A stretch of DNA of 32,000 nucleotides. Origin: Promethearchaeota archaeon (GTDB lineage: Archaea; Asgardarchaeota; Lokiarchaeia; Sigyniarchaeales; Promethearchaeaceae). Location of the stretch: positions 30,001 through 62,000 of the forward strand of contig JAFGBS010000033.1 of assembly GCA_016933055.1 (NCBI GenBank), in the 5' to 3' direction. This document shows, in pieces, positions 8,365 to 18,051 of this stretch; positions within the stretch are counted from its first letter, which is position 1; each line of letters opens with the position of its first letter. Under the pieces are notes generated by a model. That model was not told where the DNA came from, searched no databases, and worked only from the letters and a program-made list of their open reading frames with translations. Both the position numbers and the translations under genes were made by a program.

Positions 8365-10419
8365 ATGGAACAAGAAAATCCCAAAAATAAACCTGATTCT
8401 TTTTGGGAATTCTTTTTAAATCAACTTGCAAAAAAAACTCGTAGTAGATTGGGAAAATCAAGAAAATTAACACGAGCAATTTTTGGTGTACAAGAACGAC
8501 CTAAAGTATACATTACTCTGGGAGTACATGGTAATATTTTATATTCCGACATCGGATATTGTGAATTTGATTCTCCTGAGCGTGTATGGAAATTCATTCA
8601 AAAATGGGCTGATATGGCTCCTGTTCTTCCTATCGGTTTCGAGATAGGGATTTGTTCTTTAGAAAATTTAGCCAAATTTTATCCCATCTGGAAATTATTT
8701 CAAAAGAAGAATGTAGAAATTATAAATCCTTTGTACAGTCAACCGTATTTACGTCACCTTGGTGAAGAATCTAATATTCGTCAGTTGAAGTTTGGTTTGG
8801 AGATTCTTAAGCAAAATGACATTTCGTGTGGAGTTTATTCATCCTCCGAACATACTCTACATCCTCAATTACCTCAATTGCTCTATGGTTTTAGGATAAA
8901 AAACGTTTACGCGACAACAAGATTAGGAGGAGGAGCTCCTACTAGTTATCTGCCAAAACTCTATTGGAAGGGATTGGATGGCACTACCATTAAATGCATT
9001 GTAAACCAATCAGGTATTCCTAATGGACAGGTATGGCACGGAAAATTCTTCCAAGAACTCGCAAGTTTGCTATTTTTAGCATTTTCTCGACCTGATTTAT
9101 CATGGGTATTATACGAGAATATTGAGGATGTAGCTTATGATTTTCCAGAAATTCAGGAGATTTATGATCACATAGAGGAATTTGAGCATTCTAATATTCA
9201 TTTTAGAAGATTTGGAGATATTTTTTCTAATCAATGTCCATTTTCTCGTATAATATCATGGAAAATTGAAGATTTTCCGCTACAATTTATGTATTCCCAA
9301 GTGATTTCGGAAGTACGAAAACTGGAGGATTACCTAATCAATCAAGAAGCCATCTCTTCCTTACTCTCATTATTGGATTTTGAAATCCCTTCCCCATCGT
9401 TTGAGGAAATTTGGAAAAGACTGCTTACGGCTCAAAATCATGATGCGTATATTGTTCCCTACGTAACTCACGGATTGTATCTCTTGTCTCAAGGATTATC
9501 TGAGATTAATCCTTCAGGATTGACTATTGAAGAAAAATCTCTGCAAATTTTAAATCAGGCTAAAACAGAAATAGATGAGAAAACCAAATTTACTCCATCC
9601 TTAAACCAATCATATGAAGAAGCATATATCAATTGGTTGTGGAGTAGAGAGATCCTTGATGGTGATCATCTTATTTCGTTACCATCATGCGGTTATGCAA
9701 AAACACATTCTGCATCCTATAAGTCCAAAACCTATCCCTCCAAAGGAAATCGTTCTCTGAATAATCTTCTCGCTTGGATAGAATCCCCAGTATTAGATGG
9801 TCTTAATACATCCAAATATATTAGATTAGAGGATTATTCGGTAGAACTTGAAGACCATTATATATATCAGAAACTTAGAATCTGTTCAAAAAAAGACTTT
9901 GAACTCATTATATCTAATTGTGAGGAATTGTATATCACCTATCCATTTGGAGCACAAAAAACAACAGAGACCTATGGACATTCTCATCGATTCTATTGGA
10001 TTAACAAAAAACTTGTCATTGTTCACTTTGGATGCCCTTATTTCACTTGTAATGGAGAAAAACTTAGGATTAAAGTATCTAGAGGTGACCACCTCTTCGG
10101 GTTGGGATTAGCTTCTACCTTGAAAATGGCATATCATCTAGCGTGGGATTTCTTTTTTCCACCTCAGAAGGTAATGATTCCCATTTCATCCAAAGATTCC
10201 CAATCCCTTTTACGCATCAAATTTAATGATTTTATCCCTACATCCATACGTAAAAGGGGATCAGAAACAATATTACGCGGATTTTGTGTTGGTAAGTCTT
10301 CTCCAAAGGTAGAAAATGGCACTTTTCTCGATTTAAACGATATTAGACAAGACGGGAAAATCAAGCAAACAAACAAATCCTCTAAATGGAAGATCCTATC
10401 CTATTTAGTAAACGACTGA
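8365..10419 (+). CDS. Divergent GH38 (alpha-mannosidase)/GH57-like glycoside hydrolase
   Basis: YSQP....GEESNIRQL..G, LPQLL, YWKGLDGT and WKRLLTAQNHD resemble GH38 N-terminal and middle domain motifs. Confidence 0.7.
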   Translation: MEQENPKNKPDSFWEFFLNQLAKKTRSRLGKSRKLTRAIFGVQERPKVYITLGVHGNILYSDIGYCEFDSPERVWKFIQKWADMAPVLPIGFEIGICSLENLAKFYPIWKLFQKKNVEIINPLYSQPYLRHLGEESNIRQLKFGLEILKQNDISCGVYSSSEHTLHPQLPQLLYGFRIKNVYATTRLGGGAPTSYLPKLYWKGLDGTTIKCIVNQSGIPNGQVWHGKFFQELASLLFLAFSRPDLSWVLYENIEDVAYDFPEIQEIYDHIEEFEHSNIHFRRFGDIFSNQCPFSRIISWKIEDFPLQFMYSQVISEVRKLEDYLINQEAISSLLSLLDFEIPSPSFEEIWKRLLTAQNHDAYIVPYVTHGLYLLSQGLSEINPSGLTIEEKSLQILNQAKTEIDEKTKFTPSLNQSYEEAYINWLWSREILDGDHLISLPSCGYAKTHSASYKSKTYPSKGNRSLNNLLAWIESPVLDGLNTSKYIRLEDYSVELEDHYIYQKLRICSKKDFELIISNCEELYITYPFGAQKTTETYGHSHRFYWINKKLVIVHFGCPYFTCNGEKLRIKVSRGDHLFGLGLASTLKMAYHLAWDFFFPPQKVMIPISSKDSQSLLRIKFNDFIPTSIRKRGSETILRGFCVGKSSPKVENGTFLDLNDIRQDGKIKQTNKSSKWKILSYLVND

Positions 10420-10459
10420 ATAGAAAATTTATATCTAACTTAGGCAGTAAAGTAATTTT

Positions 10460-11137
10460 ATGGAGTTAAAAAGAAAAGAACTAAAAAAAATTATAACAGA
10501 CTATAACTCTCTTTACTCATGTGCGGTATCTGATGCAATAGACGAATTAGGATTGGAACCTGGATTTTTACCACACGATTTTCGTCCCATTTGGCCGGGA
10601 GCACGAATAATTGGATTTGCAGGTATAATAAAAATGATTCCTTCCGAAGAACCTCTAGATGATAACGTTATAGCAAAATTGGGAACATATTTTGGTCAGA
10701 TGCCCAAATTTCCCATATTTTGTGTAGATATGGACGGTAAAATGCTTGCAGCGGGATTGGGTCAAGGAACAAGTCGAATCTTACGGGGATTTGGATTCAA
10801 AGGCGGACTAGTGAATGGTCCTGTAAGAGATATCCCGCAAGTTACTGCACAAGGATTTCCAATTTTTGCTCGAGGAATCATATGTTCCTCAATTCGAGGT
10901 AGAATGAACATAGATTTCGACGCTGTGAATAAACCCTTTAACATTGGAGATCGAACCATTCATCCAGGTGATCTTATCTTTGGAGATATAAATGGAGTAG
11001 TAGTTGTACATCAAGAGAATTTGCTAGAAGTTCTCGAAAAAGCTAAAGAAATTGCATCCACAGACGAATGGTGGTATAAGCAATTAGAAAATGGTCGAGA
11101 TCCCTCTGATATTGAGAAAGAACGTCCACTACCGTGA
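10460..11137 (+). CDS. RraA-family protein (class II pyruvate-dependent HMG/CHA-type aldolase-like)
   Basis: AVSDA, G.AG, G..V.G.VRD, FPIFARG and I.PGDLIFGD.NGVVVV. Confidence 0.85.
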   Translation: MELKRKELKKIITDYNSLYSCAVSDAIDELGLEPGFLPHDFRPIWPGARIIGFAGIIKMIPSEEPLDDNVIAKLGTYFGQMPKFPIFCVDMDGKMLAAGLGQGTSRILRGFGFKGGLVNGPVRDIPQVTAQGFPIFARGIICSSIRGRMNIDFDAVNKPFNIGDRTIHPGDLIFGDINGVVVVHQENLLEVLEKAKEIASTDEWWYKQLENGRDPSDIEKERPLP

Positions 11138-11149
11138 GGAGGATTATAT

Positions 11150-12130
11150 ATGAAAATTTTAATCACAGGTAGCGCGGGGTACTTAGGAAAAAATCTAGTT
11201 ACTAAATCACTAGAACGAAATATGGATGTAGTTGGGATTGATATTAAACCCAACAACATATTGAATACTCAGTATATTGAAGAAATCTGTGACATAGTGT
11301 ATAAGGATTTAGTGCATGATGTTTTTAATCGCCATAAGCCTGATGTAGTCGTACATTGTGCTGGTGCCCTTGCACAGTTCGTTTCTGATGAAGAAAAAAT
11401 GCACGAGATAAATGTTGAGGGAACCCGCATCCTATTGGATGAATCTTGGAACCAGAGAGAATCAGTAAAGAAGTTCATTTTTCTATCCTCGGTTGAAGTA
11501 TATGGAATCGATATTCCAATTCCCTGCCCTGAAACAGCTCCGATGAATCCTGTCTGCCAATATGGAGAGGATAAAGCAGAATGTGAAGAATTATGTGATA
11601 AATATTCAGAAAAAGGATTGAAAATCACAATATTTCGTCCTCCTACAATTACTGGTCCAGGTCAAAACGAACCTACATTACTCGGACAAATAAAAAATGC
11701 ATATAAAGGTAGAAGAGCATTTTTACCAGGAGGAGGATATACAAAACTTCAAATGGTAAATGTGTTTGATGTTTGTGAAGCGATCTTCCTTGCAATCGAT
11801 AATCCTAAATCGAACGGGGAAATTTTCAATCTTGGAAGTGATAATATTCCCACTCTTCGTGAAATGGTAGTTGCACTCTATGAATATGCAGGCAAAACCC
11901 CAAAATTCTTTGCATTGGGAGCGGGGATCCTCCGTTTTATTGTAAAAATTCTGAGTTTTTTACACATATCCCCAATAGAACCCCAACATTTGGAGATAGC
12001 TCTTAAAGATTATACCTTTGATACAACGAAAATTAAAAAAATCTTGGATTGGAAACCAACAAGAACAGATTCCGAATCCGCTTGTGATACTTATGATTGG
12101 TATATAAATTCACTCCAAAAACAACAATAA
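11150..12130 (+). CDS. Extended SDR: NAD-dependent epimerase/dehydratase/dehydrogenase
   Basis: TGSAGYLG NAD-binding motif, VHCA, N..GT, SS.EVYG, YGEDK (YxxxK) and RP..I.GPG. Confidence 0.9.
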   Translation: MKILITGSAGYLGKNLVTKSLERNMDVVGIDIKPNNILNTQYIEEICDIVYKDLVHDVFNRHKPDVVVHCAGALAQFVSDEEKMHEINVEGTRILLDESWNQRESVKKFIFLSSVEVYGIDIPIPCPETAPMNPVCQYGEDKAECEELCDKYSEKGLKITIFRPPTITGPGQNEPTLLGQIKNAYKGRRAFLPGGGYTKLQMVNVFDVCEAIFLAIDNPKSNGEIFNLGSDNIPTLREMVVALYEYAGKTPKFFALGAGILRFIVKILSFLHISPIEPQHLEIALKDYTFDTTKIKKILDWKPTRTDSESACDTYDWYINSLQKQQ

Positions 12131-12151
12131 TATGAAAATAGGAGAAGAAGA

Positions 12152-12955
12152 ATGTTAAAAACGGAAAAATACGAGGATCTGACTATTATTACAACTGGTC
12201 GGGGTTTTCTCGGTGCATATATTTATCCGGTTTATAGTTATTTATTGGATGATTTACTTATTGACACGGGAACAACAATATGTAGGAATCAATTACTGGA
12301 TTTTCTAGATGATAAAGTAATCAAAATAATCGTAAATACACATGCTCATGAAGATCATGTTGGAAATAATGCAATTTTAAACGAAAGAAGAGATATTACA
12401 CTTTATGCGCATAGGGAAGCAATTAAACGGATTGAAAATCCCGCTCTTCTTGATCTGCGTAGATATCAAAAATTTACGTGGGGAGTTCCTCAATCCTCAA
12501 AACCAAGTGAAATTCCCTCTGAAATCAAAACCAAATCCCATTTACTAGAAGTGATCCATACTCCTGGACATTGTCCGGGGCATATTTGCCTATATGAACC
12601 TACGAAGAAATGGCTTTTTTCAGGAGATCTTCATGTTGGTAAATTATCTCTTGAGGTACAACCTTTCGAAAATTTGTTACAAATCATGACCTCACTGGAA
12701 ATATTAACTAATTATGAGGTGAAAGAGATTTTTTGTGCACATCTTGGCCATATTCCAAATGGAAATATGGTCCTTCAAAACAAACTTGCTTTTTTAAAAA
12801 ATGCAAAGGAACACGCAGAGAAATTATATTCAGAACATTTATCCTTAAAAGAAATTACCAATCAAATTGCGGGTAAAGAAACAATTATGAAAGTAATTAC
12901 AAAGGGACATATGTCGAAACTAAATGGAATAAAAAGTCTTTTACAAATGCAATAG
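12152..12955 (+). CDS. Metallo-beta-lactamase-fold hydrolase (possible lactonase)
   Basis: LIDTG, THAHEDHVG (HxHxDH), HTPGH, FSGD and a terminal AH metal ligand. Confidence 0.9.
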   Translation: MLKTEKYEDLTIITTGRGFLGAYIYPVYSYLLDDLLIDTGTTICRNQLLDFLDDKVIKIIVNTHAHEDHVGNNAILNERRDITLYAHREAIKRIENPALLDLRRYQKFTWGVPQSSKPSEIPSEIKTKSHLLEVIHTPGHCPGHICLYEPTKKWLFSGDLHVGKLSLEVQPFENLLQIMTSLEILTNYEVKEIFCAHLGHIPNGNMVLQNKLAFLKNAKEHAEKLYSEHLSLKEITNQIAGKETIMKVITKGHMSKLNGIKSLLQMQ

Positions 12956-12964
12956 GTAAACAGA

Positions 12965-14647
12965 ATGAATAAATCTCAACAGGAATCCGATCCCAAAGCT
13001 AGGAGTAAAGAAATATTTAGTTTAATTAAAAACACCCCGTTTTACTATGTCACGACTGGAATAATGAAGGGCATTGGTCTTGAAGCAAAAGAGATTGAGC
13101 GTAAACCCTTAATTGGGGTAGTCAATACATGGAATGAGTTAAATCCCGGTCATAAACATTTACGATATCTTGCAGAAGGTGTAAAATGGGGAGTATTAGA
13201 ATCAGGAGGAATTCCTCTTGAATTCAATACAATTGCTCCATGTGATGGATGGGCGAATGGAAATGATGGAATGCGATATATTCTTCCTCAGCGGGAAATA
13301 ATTGCGGACTCTATTGAATGTATGATACAAGCCCATCGTCTGGATGCAATGGTAACACTCTCGAGCTGTGACAAAATCAATCCTGCGGTATTAATGGCAG
13401 CGATACGTTTAGATATTCCAACCATTTGCGTTCCTGGAGGTCCTAGTTTATACGACATTCATTGGATCCCGCAAAATGAATACAAAGGTATTGAGCAAGA
13501 GAATTATGAGAATTTTGATACAAAAGTAAATTGTATATCCTGTGGAACATGTGGTGCATGTGAACAAATGGGTACTGCAAATACTTTTCAATGTTTAATG
13601 GAAGCTTTTGGAATGACTTTGCCAAATGCCGCCACAATCCCAGCAGTGACCCAACAGAAATATATTATTGCAAAACAATCCGGGAAACAAATTTTAACCC
13701 TACTCGAGAAGAACATAATTCCATCGAAAATTATGACACAGAAATCCTTAGAGAATGTTATAAAAGTCGATCTAGCCATAGGAGGTTCCACTAATTCTGC
13801 AATTCATTTACCGGCAATCGCCCATGAAATGGGAATTGATTTTAATCTAGATTGGTTTAATGATTATAGCAAAATAATTCCTACAATTGTGAATGTCTCT
13901 CCTACTGGAAGTTATGGAATTTCGGATTTATATAAAGCAGGGGGGATTTCGGCAGTATTAAAGCGTTTGGAATCCCATCTTAATTTGGATTGTTTAACCG
14001 TATCGGGAAAAACTCTAAAAAAAGTCATCAAAAAAGTAGAAATTTTGGATCCTAATGTAATACATCCTCTAGAAAATCCTGTATTTCCTGAGGGGGGGAC
14101 GGTGATCTTGAAAGGCAATTTAGCCCCTGAAGGTGCCGTTATTAAGCAGAGTGCAATTAGAAAAACAAATTTACTGAAATTTTCTGGAAAAGCGATAGTA
14201 TTTAATTCAGAAAAAGATGCCATAGAAGCACTACTCCAAGATAAAATCAAAAATGGGAATGTTGTAGTGATTCGCTATGAAGGTCCTAAAGGAGGACCGG
14301 GAATGCCCGAGCTGCTTGCTTTCACTGCTTCCTTAATGCTCTATAAGGGTTTACAGGATATTGCACTGATTTCTGACGGGCGATTTTCTGGTGCAACATG
14401 GGGTCCATGTATTGGACATGTATGTCCCGAAGCGTATGAGGGGGGTCTGATCGCAGTGGTTCAAGAAGGGGATCCAATTGATATTGACATACCCAAACGG
14501 AAACTCCATTTAAATGTGTCTGAAAGAGAAATTGAGAATCGATTCAATGATTGGAAAAGAATAGAACGGGATATTAAGAGTAGTACCCTTTTAAAATATC
14601 GAAAATTGGTCTCTTCAGCTAGCGAAGGTGCGGTGTTGAGATTTTAG
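12965..14647 (+). CDS. ilvD: IlvD/Edd-family dihydroxy-acid / sugar-acid dehydratase
   Basis: NPGH, PCDG, CDK, C..MGTANT, GGSTN..IHL, GNLAPEGAVIK, YEGPKGGPGMPE, DGRFSG and GHV.PEA. Confidence 0.92.
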   Translation: MNKSQQESDPKARSKEIFSLIKNTPFYYVTTGIMKGIGLEAKEIERKPLIGVVNTWNELNPGHKHLRYLAEGVKWGVLESGGIPLEFNTIAPCDGWANGNDGMRYILPQREIIADSIECMIQAHRLDAMVTLSSCDKINPAVLMAAIRLDIPTICVPGGPSLYDIHWIPQNEYKGIEQENYENFDTKVNCISCGTCGACEQMGTANTFQCLMEAFGMTLPNAATIPAVTQQKYIIAKQSGKQILTLLEKNIIPSKIMTQKSLENVIKVDLAIGGSTNSAIHLPAIAHEMGIDFNLDWFNDYSKIIPTIVNVSPTGSYGISDLYKAGGISAVLKRLESHLNLDCLTVSGKTLKKVIKKVEILDPNVIHPLENPVFPEGGTVILKGNLAPEGAVIKQSAIRKTNLLKFSGKAIVFNSEKDAIEALLQDKIKNGNVVVIRYEGPKGGPGMPELLAFTASLMLYKGLQDIALISDGRFSGATWGPCIGHVCPEAYEGGLIAVVQEGDPIDIDIPKRKLHLNVSEREIENRFNDWKRIERDIKSSTLLKYRKLVSSASEGAVLRF

Positions 14648-14650
14648 CGA

Positions 14651-15931
14651 GTGAACACTATTATGAATTCACACAGTATTAAATCAATTCAAATTCCTTG
14701 GGGGGCATGGTATCTCCAACCCGAATCTCTCACTATCAATTTTCCAGAACAATGGACGATTCAATCTTTTTCAACAAAAAATTCCCGTTCCATTCAAAAT
14801 GACCTAAATAAAATTAAGACCTCTATACTTCACCCCTTTGGAACGCACCCCCTAGCTGAGATAGCCCAAAGGAAGAATTCGGTCGCAATTGTCATCGAAG
14901 ATATATCAAGACCCTCTAAATTGGATACTATCATGGATATTGTGCTAGAAGAATTAGAAAAAACCGGAGTCTCACGAGACCAAATCACAATTATTGGTGC
15001 ATTAGGTGCCCATCGACCTATGACAAGGATGGATTATATTAAGAAGCTATCGAAAGAAATATGTCAATCTATAAATATCGAAAACCATCATCCGTATGAA
15101 AATTTGGAATACCTTGGGGAATCCAAAACGGGAACTCCTATCTATGTGAACAAAACCTATTTTAATGCAGATTTAAAAATCGCTATAGGAACAGTCATTC
15201 CCCATCCACTAGCAGGATTTGGAGGAGGAGCCAAACTCATTCTTCCGGGCGTTTCAGGAATTGAGACATTGCTTGGGAACCATCAAGCGGGTGTTAGGGG
15301 GGTGGGAATTGGACTTGGAGTTATAACTGAATTACGAGAGGATATTGAAGATGTGTGTAAAACGGTCGGTTTAGATTTCTCCATCAATCTTGTTTCTAAT
15401 CCAAAACGGGAAATATCGGGTATATTTGCAGGAGATTTCGTTCAGGCACATCGCCAAGCCATAGAGTTCGCGAAAAATGCATATTCTTTTTTTCTTCCAA
15501 GACTTAAAAGAGAGGATAAATTTGATATTGCATTTTTTAATCTGTATCCAGAAGATTTGGAGTTTACACAATCCATAAAGTGGATTAATTTATTTTTGTC
15601 ATGTGCATCTTTATTAAAAAGGAAAGCACCATGTGTAATTATGACTGCTTCGCCCGAGGGGAGAGGATTTCACAGTCTTTCGGGGGAAACAGGCTCAAAA
15701 ATGTTTCAGAATTGGTCGGAAAATCCCGTTGTAGGACCGTTATTGGAAAAACGGAAAATAATCGTGTTCTCACCAAACCTTTCAAAATTCGATGTATTTC
15801 ACTCATATTCAAAAAACACCTTATTGTTCCATGAATTTTCTGATATAATTTCCAATATACGAGGAGATATACCAGAGGATGCAAAAGTGGCATTATTTCC
15901 CAATAGTTTGAGTTTGCCTATCACAAAATAG
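14651..15931 (+). CDS. larA: LarA-family nickel-pincer-nucleotide-dependent racemase/epimerase
   Basis: D..RP, A.GAHR, NH and PH..AGFGGGAKLILPG with the conserved Lys, followed by the downstream NH His. GTG start (alternative ATG at 14663). Confidence 0.85.
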   Translation: MNTIMNSHSIKSIQIPWGAWYLQPESLTINFPEQWTIQSFSTKNSRSIQNDLNKIKTSILHPFGTHPLAEIAQRKNSVAIVIEDISRPSKLDTIMDIVLEELEKTGVSRDQITIIGALGAHRPMTRMDYIKKLSKEICQSINIENHHPYENLEYLGESKTGTPIYVNKTYFNADLKIAIGTVIPHPLAGFGGGAKLILPGVSGIETLLGNHQAGVRGVGIGLGVITELREDIEDVCKTVGLDFSINLVSNPKREISGIFAGDFVQAHRQAIEFAKNAYSFFLPRLKREDKFDIAFFNLYPEDLEFTQSIKWINLFLSCASLLKRKAPCVIMTASPEGRGFHSLSGETGSKMFQNWSENPVVGPLLEKRKIIVFSPNLSKFDVFHSYSKNTLLFHEFSDIISNIRGDIPEDAKVALFPNSLSLPITK

Positions 15932-16196
15932 AAAAAAAAGTAGAGATTATCCGTGATGAAGGATATGATATTACTGAAATAGGTGGATTTTAGATAAGAT
16001 TCCACATGTTCTCTACCGCTATAGCGATCAGTAATTGACGAAATGATGACGAATATCTCTATTGTTTCTTTATAAGATATCATTATCATTCTCTGTATCG
16101 ATATACTATAAAATTTCACTCATTTAACTGAGGATCTTTACAGATTTTAAGAGGATATGGAATTTCTAAGACGACGAGCTTCACAGTGCGATATAT

Positions 16197-16205
16197 AAAA
16201 AAAAA
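16197..16205 (-). terminator. Oligo-T (T9) terminator
   Basis: A9 on + strand about 45 bp downstream of the 16251 stop. Confidence 0.35.
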
Positions 16206-16250
16206 GAAGGCATAACGGTTTCTGTTTAGAGTTAATTAATTATCTTATAT

Positions 16251-17147
16251 CTATCTTCCAGCTTGTACTGGTTTCGGCTTAAAAGTGTTTGCTAAAACAT
16301 TTTTCTTCCAACCAGCTGGAACTGAACCAGTATCTGCGTATACGAACAATGCTGTATTATATACCATATTAGCGACATTAAATACCAAATTCAGAAGGAT
16401 TAAATAAATCACTCCTAGAATTGCAAAAGTAATGCCTAGCCACATTACTGGAACCCAAATGAAGAATAAGAGGGATAGTCCACCAAAAACAATTAATCCA
16501 ATCAATCCAAATAAGAAACGCATTAATCCCATTCCAAAATACCGAATAATGCTCTCCCCCCAAGTCTTTTTAAGTGTTTCGACCGATTTTTTGATGGCTG
16601 CTTTGGGACCTAGATCGTAATATGTAATAGCTGGAACTACAAAAATGGTTGCAATATTCCACATGAAGCTCATGGCGCCTCTGAGCAATTGAATAATAAC
16701 TTTTCCGACTGTACCTAATCTATTAGCTATATTTTGTAGAACCGCCATTAGAACACCCCACAATCCGCTTATAGCACCCCAAGCCACTACACTTCCAAAT
16801 CTCTTAAATCCGTACTTGATACTCTGCCCTAGCGTAGCGTCACCACCTTCAAATCTGGTCTTCGCCGTATAACACGTACATACCCCGAAGAAGGTCGAAA
16901 TTACTGCTAATCCAAAGTATACTAAAAAAAGCCATAAATAGTATATAGCGTTCCATGTGAAATCATTAACGCTGCCTTGAAATAATTGGATAAGGATGGT
17001 AGGGAACAGAACTGCAATTGAGAACAAAGCAGAAAAAATTGAACTCAAAATCGGAAACCACAAGAGTTCTTTATCCGCTCTGATCACTGAAAAACTCAGA
17101 CGCATTACTTCACGTGATCGTTGAAATGCATTTGTCATATTAAACAC
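16251..17147 (-). CDS. Conserved membrane protein (DUF6159-like)
   Basis: S..V.R.DKELL.FP, multiple TM helices, W...T.FVVP.I, A.K.S...LKKTWGE and LF.YA.TG..P.G. The start may be the ATG at 17138. Confidence 0.7.
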   Translation of the reverse strand: MFNMTNAFQRSREVMRLSFSVIRADKELLWFPILSSIFSALFSIAVLFPTILIQLFQGSVNDFTWNAIYYLWLFLVYFGLAVISTFFGVCTCYTAKTRFEGGDATLGQSIKYGFKRFGSVVAWGAISGLWGVLMAVLQNIANRLGTVGKVIIQLLRGAMSFMWNIATIFVVPAITYYDLGPKAAIKKSVETLKKTWGESIIRYFGMGLMRFLFGLIGLIVFGGLSLLFFIWVPVMWLGITFAILGVIYLILLNLVFNVANMVYNTALFVYADTGSVPAGWKKNVLANTFKPKPVQAGR

Positions 17148-17162
17148 TAATTTTAAGATTAT

Positions 17163-17182
17163 ATGAACAAAAATTTGTTCAT
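17163..17182. promoter_or_regulatory. Perfect 20-bp palindromic operator candidate ATGAACAAA-AA-TTTGTTCAT
   Basis: 9-bp perfect arms with a 2-bp spacer, 16-25 bp upstream of the DUF6159-like start. Confidence 0.55.
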
Positions 17183-17246
17183 TAAGATGATTGTCTTATG
17201 CACTTAAGTAGTTAATCTTGTCAAGTAACCGTTATAAATCCATGAT

Positions 17247-17999
17247 TTATTGAAATTGAATGGGATTACTTTTTTTATAGTAACCAGAAAACATCAGATT
17301 ACATATGGGAGGAGCTTGTTTGCCAAGTTTAATTTTAACCAGTCGAAGAAGTTGATTAAGACCCATAATCACCAAACGATCTACATCATATATCCAAAAT
17401 CTATCCAATTTATTCGATGTAATTGTAAAAGATGTTGGTTTTGATCTTATATTATATTCAATTTTCAAACCAGGAAAAGGTTGAAAATCAAAATAGGACA
17501 GCAATTCTTCATCGATAGAAATATTTTCCCAATTGATCGTTCTTTCAATCATTGCTTTATCGAGTAACGGGGATGGAGTTTCCGAATAAATATCTTGAGG
17601 AAATTGTCTTTTAAGGATAGTGGATGTATAATTCAACAGTATTTCGCACAAATGACACAAGTCCTCTCCCGAAAGCCAGTGTACCTGCTTTCCCGAAAAT
17701 AGAAATTGCAGTTCATAGGGTTCCGTACTCAATCCTTCGTCATCAAATTGAAGTAATACATGTATCTTTATTTTAGGGAAATATACTTTTGTGATCGTCC
17801 ATAACTCACCAAATCCTATATTTTCTATTTCGATACCTAAACTTTCAGAAAGTGGTATTAAATCCTCAACCTTTAAATTTTGAAATGTAGATATATATTT
17901 GGTTCCCAGATCCTTAAGATCTCGATAATGGGGCGTTATTATACCCTTAACTGCATCAATTTGCTGAATTGTATAGAATTGAGATGAACTTGAACTCAT
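17247..17999 (-). CDS. DUF3786-like protein
   Basis: The FPKI.....DDE......FLF......GEDL pattern resembles DUF3786 (recalled, not searched). Confidence 0.5.
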   Translation of the reverse strand: MSSSSSQFYTIQQIDAVKGIITPHYRDLKDLGTKYISTFQNLKVEDLIPLSESLGIEIENIGFGELWTITKVYFPKIKIHVLLQFDDEGLSTEPYELQFLFSGKQVHWLSGEDLCHLCEILLNYTSTILKRQFPQDIYSETPSPLLDKAMIERTINWENISIDEELLSYFDFQPFPGLKIEYNIRSKPTSFTITSNKLDRFWIYDVDRLVIMGLNQLLRLVKIKLGKQAPPICNLMFSGYYKKSNPIQFQ

Positions 18000-18019
18000 A
18001 AGGAAAAATTAAAATCACT

Positions 18020-18028
18020 AAAAAAAAA
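18020..18028 (-). terminator. Oligo-T (T9) terminator candidate
   Basis: A9 on + strand 24 bp downstream of the 18052 stop. Confidence 0.3.
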
Positions 18029-18051
18029 TACTTCTGATCACTCTTTTGGAA

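Noticed and set aside
904-16620. Numerous short antisense or nested ORFs in the track (e.g. 904, 2023, 3878, 6156, 9848, 11011, 13443, 13912, 15371, 15799, 16432)
   Set aside because: They overlap well-supported genes and lack motifs; they are shadow ORFs.
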